Source: a virus. Taken from it: 64,000 bases of DNA. Numbering within the stretch: position 1 is the first letter of the stretch; each line of letters opens with the position of its first letter. The translations under genes were made by a program, and so were the position numbers. The notes under the pieces are model-generated. The model made no database searches. It was given only the letters and a program-made list of their open reading frames with translations, and was not told where the DNA came from. The stretch is from the IMG/VR virus record IMGVR_UViG_3300021963_005223, positions 1 to 64,000 of that record. One strand, written 5' to 3'. Of the stretch, positions 58,046-64,000 are shown piece after piece.

Positions 58046-59521
58046 ATGAGTAAATATAGATTAATTCTACAGGGTTCTAATGATGTAAAAGAAGTTTTGG
58101 TTTATGATCCAATAACTTCTGAAATGGTTTGGGAAGAATCTGGGGAAAGACCATCCTTGCAGCATTTGGGTCAAGATATCGAATATAAAGTTACAGCATC
58201 AAAACAGTGGAAACCATTTAAGGTTACCAATCCACACGACCCAGATCTGCATGGTCGTAAATCCAAAAAGCCAACAACATTAAAAATTACCATGGGTCTT
58301 AAGTGCAATTTTAAGTGCACTTATTGTAACCAAGCTCATCAGCCACACGATCCAGTTGGTGGTCCAGAAGATGCGGATGATTTAATCCAAAAAATCAAAA
58401 CAAACTTTGAACTTGGAACTTATGACCCAGTAAGAATCGAATACTGGGGTGGAGAACCATTTGTTTATTGGAAAACTTTAAAACCACTATCTGAGAAATT
58501 GCGTAAAGTGTATCCAAAAGCACAGTTTACTATTGTTACCAATGGTTCTATGTTAGATCGAGAAAAAGTCGACTGGCTAAACCAGATGGGATTCTCAGTA
58601 GGTATGTCTCATGATGGTCCATTGCATGCTCAAAATCGTGGACCAGATCCATTGGATGATCCAAAGATGCGTTTCGGTATCGCTTACGCATTAAAAACTA
58701 TGGGTCAAATGCGTTTTTCTTTTAACGCAGTTTTAACAAGAGAAAATGTTTCTTTAGCTGCAGTAAGAAACTTTATTCTTGATAAAATTAACCAAAGACA
58801 TCCAGATTACCCTGATCAACCTGGTATTGATCAGCGAGAAATTCATGTTACCACTGAAGAATTGCTGTTACCGTATGACGATGATGGAATGAAACATTCA
58901 TTGGTTACTCCAGATGAAAAGAAGATGATTCTTCATAACCTTTTCTGGGAAACAATTAATCAAAGAAATGAGTTTAGTTGGACTGTGCATAGTAAAATTA
59001 AAAACTTTTTTGACAGTTTGATTAATCAAAGACCTGCTGAGGCTCTTGGTCAAAAATGCGGTATGGATAGAGAAGACAATATTGCGATTGACATGAAAGG
59101 TAATGTAACCACTTGCCAAAATACTTCTTCTTTGACTAAACACCATATTGGTAACATTGAAGATTTTGATAATATTCGTTTAACTACTTCATACCACTGG
59201 AGTACTAGAAGTGAGTGTCCAAGTTGCCCAGTAGTTCAATTATGTCAAGGTGCTTGTTTATTCTTAGAAGACAAGTATTGGGAACAAGCGTGTGAAAACT
59301 TGTTCTATTATAACTTGGCGATGCTGGCTTCTTCTCTGTTTATACTTACAGGAGGTCTTGTACTAGTAGAAGTACAAGGAGAAAAGATAAGAAACGAAGG
59401 AATCACTTCGATACCAGTTATTGATATTAATTTTGTCAAATCTGATGGTAAAGAAACTTCCTGGAAAGTTCGTAAACCAATCGGTATTCCAGTTGTAACA
59501 GTTCCAGTTGGCTTGCAGTAA
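58046..59521 (+). CDS. radical SAM protein with SPASM domain
   Basis: CNFKCTYC (CxxxCxxC), WGGEP, SHDG, CPSCPVVQLCQGAC (Cx2Cx5Cx3C). Confidence 0.93.
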   Translation: MSKYRLILQGSNDVKEVLVYDPITSEMVWEESGERPSLQHLGQDIEYKVTASKQWKPFKVTNPHDPDLHGRKSKKPTTLKITMGLKCNFKCTYCNQAHQPHDPVGGPEDADDLIQKIKTNFELGTYDPVRIEYWGGEPFVYWKTLKPLSEKLRKVYPKAQFTIVTNGSMLDREKVDWLNQMGFSVGMSHDGPLHAQNRGPDPLDDPKMRFGIAYALKTMGQMRFSFNAVLTRENVSLAAVRNFILDKINQRHPDYPDQPGIDQREIHVTTEELLLPYDDDGMKHSLVTPDEKKMILHNLFWETINQRNEFSWTVHSKIKNFFDSLINQRPAEALGQKCGMDREDNIAIDMKGNVTTCQNTSSLTKHHIGNIEDFDNIRLTTSYHWSTRSECPSCPVVQLCQGACLFLEDKYWEQACENLFYYNLAMLASSLFILTGGLVLVEVQGEKIRNEGITSIPVIDINFVKSDGKETSWKVRKPIGIPVVTVPVGLQ

Positions 59522-59861
59522 TATGTCTTTTTTGAAGTGCAAAATCTGGCTGGTTGAGCAATATCCAAGATATGGGTCTAATTATAATTTGTTCCCAATA
59601 TCTGATATTATAGATTATGATTCTGATAATACATTTTATGACTATAAAGAAGATAAATCCCAGCATTTTATAAATATGATGGTTCCAGAATTTGAAATTT
59701 ATGCAACAGAAGAACAGATTGAAATTTTAAATAAATATACTGAAGAGATTATCAGTAAAAAGATTCCGATACTTAGAAATGTGCAAAAGGGTGATGTGGA
59801 GTATTGGATGATAGATACTACATTTTTAGACTATCATCTTAAAACAAAAAATATCCAATAG
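59508..59861 (+). CDS. hypothetical protein
   Basis: ORF fills the gap. Start uncertain. Confidence 0.5.
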   Translation: MACSNMSFLKCKIWLVEQYPRYGSNYNLFPISDIIDYDSDNTFYDYKEDKSQHFINMMVPEFEIYATEEQIEILNKYTEEIISKKIPILRNVQKGDVEYWMIDTTFLDYHLKTKNIQ

Positions 59862-59870
59862 GAGAAAAAA

Positions 59871-60818
59871 ATGAATGCAAAACATGTTAAATGGGTCATT
59901 GCACATGAACCTATCGGCTTGTTTCTTAAAGTAGCGGATCGTTTCGCTACAGAAGTAAACGAGAAGACTGGTGGAATGTTCAATATTGAAGTTTTATCAT
60001 TGTCAGATTATTCTGCAAAATATAACGATGGCAAAAAGATCACTAAAAATGAGTTAATGACTTTAGTTGATTCTGGTGCTATTGAAATGAGCCACATCTA
60101 TACTACTTGGTTAGCTGATTATAATAAAGATCTACATGCTTTAGATCTACCTTTCTTATTCCGTGACCACGATCACGCTGATGCAGTTCTAGAAGGTGAA
60201 ATTGGTACTGAGTTGTTAGCTGGTGTATCTAAGAATTCTAATATTCACGCTATGTCTTTCACTTACTCTGGTGGTTATCGTGTTGTTCCAGCTAACTTCC
60301 GTGCTGATACTGTAGAAGCATGGAGAGGTCAAGCTGTTCGCACTTCACGTTCTCCAGTAGCTGTTGAGACATTTAAGTTACTAGGTGCTGAGCCAAAAGA
60401 GCACATCGCTCTAGAAGAAATGAATGAATATGCAGATAAAGGTGAAATTGCTGCTGGTGAATCAACTTACGTTCGCATTTTCCCACTAGATCAGTATAAA
60501 TCTTTTAAAGTTGTTAATGACACTGCTCATAGCTTGTTCTTAACTTCTATTATTGTTAACAAAGACTTTATGGCTCAGTTTGACGAAGAAACTCGAGAGA
60601 TTCTAGCTACTGCTGCATTTAATGCTGCTCGTGTAGAGCGTCGTGAATCTGTAGCTGACATTCCTAACATCTTGGCTGAATGTCAAGAAAAAGGTGTTGA
60701 AGTTGTTCGTATGTCTACTGAAGAACAGAAGAAGTTCCAAGAAGTTACTTCTGCTGTTTATGAAAAGTTTGCAGACTATTTCACTCCAGGATTAGTGCAG
60801 AAAATTAAGTTACAATAA
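59871..60818 (+). CDS. dctP: TRAP transporter solute-binding protein (DctP family)
   Basis: EVNEKTGG, LDLPFLFRD, RTSRS, FKLLGA, TAHS. Confidence 0.85.
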   Translation: MNAKHVKWVIAHEPIGLFLKVADRFATEVNEKTGGMFNIEVLSLSDYSAKYNDGKKITKNELMTLVDSGAIEMSHIYTTWLADYNKDLHALDLPFLFRDHDHADAVLEGEIGTELLAGVSKNSNIHAMSFTYSGGYRVVPANFRADTVEAWRGQAVRTSRSPVAVETFKLLGAEPKEHIALEEMNEYADKGEIAAGESTYVRIFPLDQYKSFKVVNDTAHSLFLTSIIVNKDFMAQFDEETREILATAAFNAARVERRESVADIPNILAECQEKGVEVVRMSTEEQKKFQEVTSAVYEKFADYFTPGLVQKIKLQ

Positions 60819-60834
60819 GCGTTTTGACAAATGA

Positions 60835-60854
60835 TGGGGAGCTTCGGCTCCCCA
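60835..60854 (+). terminator. GC-rich UUCG hairpin, probable terminator or stability hairpin
   Basis: TGGGGAGC-TTCG-GCTCCCCA. Confidence 0.7.
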
Positions 60855-60884
60855 AAATAATTATTCCTTTTAATCAATTTTACA

Positions 60885-61937
60885 ATGACTATGAATAAAG
60901 AATGTTTATATTATAATTGCTATAATGTTCCAGAAGTAATACAAGCTGGAGATAAAAGTATTGAACCTTATCTATCACCAGATTATTCAGATAAAGTTTT
61001 CCAGTTTTATAGAAAATATAAAATGGATTTGACTAATGTAGTATGTGATAGAATGGATATCCTTCCACATTATATTAACATAAAAAAGAATCAATTTCCA
61101 CTACCAAAAATTGAGCCAGATTTTAATATGTCTTTTGCTGAGTGCGTTGAAAAACGAGCAAAAGAAATTTTGGCACTCAATAAACCAATAACGGTAGTTT
61201 GGAGCGGTGGTATTGATAGTACACTTGTAATATTTTCACTGCTTCAATTTTGCAATGACCCATCACAAATTACTGTTTATGGAACTTATAACTCTATTGT
61301 AGAGTCTGGTGATGTATTTGAAAAATATATCCTGCCAAGGGGTGTCAAATATCAGTTTGCAGTATCATCTAGAAAATACTTTAAAGATGATACACAAATC
61401 TATATCTCTGGTTTTATGGGTAATCAATTATTTGGACCAGTTGATGATTTTTCATATTCAAAAGCTACATTGTTTCATCACCATCTTAGAGGTAATGGTG
61501 ATATTGAAGATTCTTACGAAACTGTGTTGACTGAAGAGATGCACGAGTTTTTATTACCTGCACTTAAAGCCAGTCCAAAGAAAATAGAAACTGTTAGAGA
61601 TTTACGCTGGTTTGGTATTTTTATGTTAGATTGGCACCAGTCATATTATGATATTTTAATCAAAACAAAAAATTATGATAAAGTTTATCATTTTTTTGAT
61701 GATGCTGATATGCAAAAATATTCTATGACAACAAAAGAGCCATACACAAAAGTAAAGGGAAACCCTCTGACCCATCGCTGGGTCATGAGGGAATTAATTG
61801 AAGAGTGGGGGAAGTGCTCTCACTATGCTTGGAACAAACCAAAGAGTATATCAAACTTGGCCAATAGAGCTGCTGACTGGTATTTTATAATGCCAGATCA
61901 TAGTTTGATTACTCCAAACAATATTAAATTTAATTAG
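60885..61937 (+). CDS. asparagine-synthetase-like PP-loop ATP pyrophosphatase
   Basis: WSGGIDST, ISGFMGNQLFG. Confidence 0.7.
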   Translation: MTMNKECLYYNCYNVPEVIQAGDKSIEPYLSPDYSDKVFQFYRKYKMDLTNVVCDRMDILPHYINIKKNQFPLPKIEPDFNMSFAECVEKRAKEILALNKPITVVWSGGIDSTLVIFSLLQFCNDPSQITVYGTYNSIVESGDVFEKYILPRGVKYQFAVSSRKYFKDDTQIYISGFMGNQLFGPVDDFSYSKATLFHHHLRGNGDIEDSYETVLTEEMHEFLLPALKASPKKIETVRDLRWFGIFMLDWHQSYYDILIKTKNYDKVYHFFDDADMQKYSMTTKEPYTKVKGNPLTHRWVMRELIEEWGKCSHYAWNKPKSISNLANRAADWYFIMPDHSLITPNNIKFN

Positions 61938-62563
61938 TAATTAACAAACCCAACATAAACATTTAAGAATACTTGTGCTTGGTCTGATAAATTAGTTTCA
62001 ACGTAGCGTTGCAAATATCCTGGAGTGACAACAATTTCACCAACACGAGCACGAATTCCATAGTTTGTTGCAACTAAACCATTAGAAACCAGTTGGCGAA
62101 TTGTTTGGACTCCACCTCTTGTATCAGCGAAATATGTGTTTGGTGGGAACTGTCCTGTATGCAAAACGAATGTTAAAATTAGAGGAACGTGTTCATAGCA
62201 ATGTAATGGTACATGCTCTTGTGGCTGTTGGAAAAATACGCTAGAACCAAGGATCTCGGGCAATCTCTTTAGATCTTGATTTTCTTTATCTTCAAATTCT
62301 TCTAATTGCTTGCAAGTACTATATACGAACCCTCTAAATTTTTCTACTAGTGGGTTGTCAATACCCATAATATTTACATTCCCAGTTTCATTATTATGCT
62401 GGTTGTAAATAGCTAAAAATTCATTGAGTTCTTCTTCATTTAAATTAAAAGAAAAACAGCGCAAAGGTGTTGGGAAAAGTGATTTTTCGAATGTTTTTGT
62501 CACTTCAATAGAAGTTTCTTGACTTGTAGAAACTTCAGTCTGGGGTTGTTGATTTTCTTGCAT
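61934..62563 (-). CDS. 2OG-Fe(II) oxygenase-like protein (possibly degenerate)
   Basis: LFPTP N-terminus, DTRGG, GEIVVTPGYLQRYV. Confidence 0.55.
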   Translation of the reverse strand: MQENQQPQTEVSTSQETSIEVTKTFEKSLFPTPLRCFSFNLNEEELNEFLAIYNQHNNETGNVNIMGIDNPLVEKFRGFVYSTCKQLEEFEDKENQDLKRLPEILGSSVFFQQPQEHVPLHCYEHVPLILTFVLHTGQFPPNTYFADTRGGVQTIRQLVSNGLVATNYGIRARVGEIVVTPGYLQRYVETNLSDQAQVFLNVYVGFVNY

Positions 62564-62679
62564 TTTATCTCCATAAGTTAATTAAATTTCAGCTTTCGCT
62601 CAAAGGTATTTATACACCCGTCTTGTATTTAGCGTTTTCAAATAGAATAAATAAACATGTATATTGGGAGAAAAATTAA

Positions 62680-63015
62680 GTGGCTACAGTTACAAACTTA
62701 TACGTAGATCAGGGTTCGTTTTACAGAACTCACGTCACAGTTGCTAATTCCGATGGGAATGCTCTGGACTTAACTGGTTTTACTGTTGCTTCTCAGATGA
62801 GAAAGTCATATCAGTCTTCGACTGGATTTAACTTCACAACTTCTATAAGTAATCCGACTCAAGGTAGGGTTAGACTTGAACTAACTTCTGAACAATCAAG
62901 AGTCATCCCTGCAGGTAAATATCTTTATGATGTTGAAATTCTATCTCCAACAGGGGAGAGAACTAGAGTCGTTGAAGGTATAGTTTTAATAAACCCAGAA
63001 ATCACGAAGATCTAA
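62680..63015 (+). CDS. virion / tail-associated protein
   Basis: NLYVDQGS, QMRKSY, YLYDVEI, RVVEG. Confidence 0.75.
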   Translation: MATVTNLYVDQGSFYRTHVTVANSDGNALDLTGFTVASQMRKSYQSSTGFNFTTSISNPTQGRVRLELTSEQSRVIPAGKYLYDVEILSPTGERTRVVEGIVLINPEITKI

Positions 63016-63016
63016 A

Positions 63017-63247
63017 ATGGCAGATATTATCGCTACAGTAGACGATCCGTATGGATCATCATTAGACTCTGGAACAACAGTTACAGCATCATCTACATCG
63101 GTACCACCAAATACAATCGAAAATATGTTAGATGTAGATTTGCAGACGTTGACTGATGGGGCATTACTAATTTACAAAAATACCACCTCCAAATGGACTG
63201 CTTCCACGATGTTGGATAAGCAGAACATGGAAGGTGGAGAATTTTAA
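63017..63247 (+). CDS. small virion protein
   Basis: DGALLIY..KW, ends GGEF. Confidence 0.65.
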   Translation: MADIIATVDDPYGSSLDSGTTVTASSTSVPPNTIENMLDVDLQTLTDGALLIYKNTTSKWTASTMLDKQNMEGGEF

Positions 63248-63262
63248 TCGGAGACATAAAAG

Positions 63263-64000
63263 ATGGCATCTATAATCAGAATTAAACGCTCGTCTACAAA
63301 CGGAAATCCAGCAACGCTGGGTGCTGGTGAACTAGCATACTCTGCCTTAGCAGGAACAGTATCGAATGGTGGTGATCGCCTATACATAGGTATGGGTACA
63401 GAAACCTCAGGTAATGCTGCGAACCACGTAATTATCGGTGGTAAGTATTTTACCGATATGATGGATCATACTCCAGGAACTTTAACTGCAAGTTCTGCAC
63501 TTATTACTGATTCCAGCAATAAAATTGATGTAATTAACGTAGGAAATTTAACTCTTACTGGTAGTACAAATACTATTAGTTCCACTGATACTAATGGTAA
63601 TATTTTATTAGACCCAGCTGGCACTGGCTATGTTCAGGTCGTTGGTACTAATGGTTTTATCCTTCCTGTTGGTACGACTGCTCAAGCAGGTCCAGCAATC
63701 CAAGGTACTGTTCGTTACAATACTGATAAATCTTCTTTCGAAGGTTACAACGGAACTAACTGGGGTTCACTTGGTGGTGTTAAATCTGTTGATGGTTTAA
63801 CATATATTATCGCTGAAACTTCTCCAGGTGCTTCTGACGATACATTAAGATTCTACGCAAGTAATAACGTCACTGCTGTTCAAGTAGCTACATTAGATCA
63901 AACTAAATTAGCAGTTCTACAAACTACTGCTTCAACTAGCACTACTACTGGTGCGTTGACCGTAGCTGGTGGCGTTGGTATCGCAGGTAATTTATATGTT
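63263..64000 (+). CDS. tail fibre / virion protein (truncated by window end)
   Basis: MASIIRIKRSS..LGAGELAYS, RYNTD..FEGY..WGSLGG. Frame open to the window end. Confidence 0.8.
   Translation, partial: MASIIRIKRSSTNGNPATLGAGELAYSALAGTVSNGGDRLYIGMGTETSGNAANHVIIGGKYFTDMMDHTPGTLTASSALITDSSNKIDVINVGNLTLTGSTNTISSTDTNGNILLDPAGTGYVQVVGTNGFILPVGTTAQAGPAIQGTVRYNTDKSSFEGYNGTNWGSLGGVKSVDGLTYIIAETSPGASDDTLRFYASNNVTAVQVATLDQTKLAVLQTTASTSTTTGALTVAGGVGIAGNLYV

Noticed and set aside
55477-64000. Diversity-generating retroelement or invertible fibre segment
   Set aside because: No reverse transcriptase, recombinase or TR/VR repeat pair is visible

Overview
This window is a segment of a large T4-like myovirus genome (AT-rich, gene-dense, mostly + strand). 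The host is probably a betaproteobacterium, inferred from the Bug/TctC proteins and the ANDAQFALAA tmRNA tag. 1-4.2 kb: a cluster of 14 tRNAs with three structured ncRNA candidates closed by long stems. 1.8-10 kb: metabolic genes (acyl-CoA ligase, BKACE, SDR, 2OG oxygenase, a CmoB-like/CmoA-like fusion, two TctC proteins). 10-28 kb: small early ORFs behind TTTACA-N17-TATAAT promoters, a GGGACTCC repeat array, PhoH, a GH19 endolysin, a PlcP-like phosphoesterase with a GT2, a permuted two-piece tmRNA and ClpP. 28-30 kb: gp33, gp59, gp32. 30-55 kb: baseplate and tail genes, with a candidate -1 frameshift at gp26/gp51. 55-64 kb: a tail-fibre region containing the top finding, a RiPP-like locus with a 19-Cys (Xaa-Cys)n protein, a radical SAM/SPASM enzyme, a DctP lacking a signal peptide, an Asn-synthetase-like enzyme and a 2OG-oxygenase-like protein. 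All calls come from motif recognition by eye; no database searches were run.
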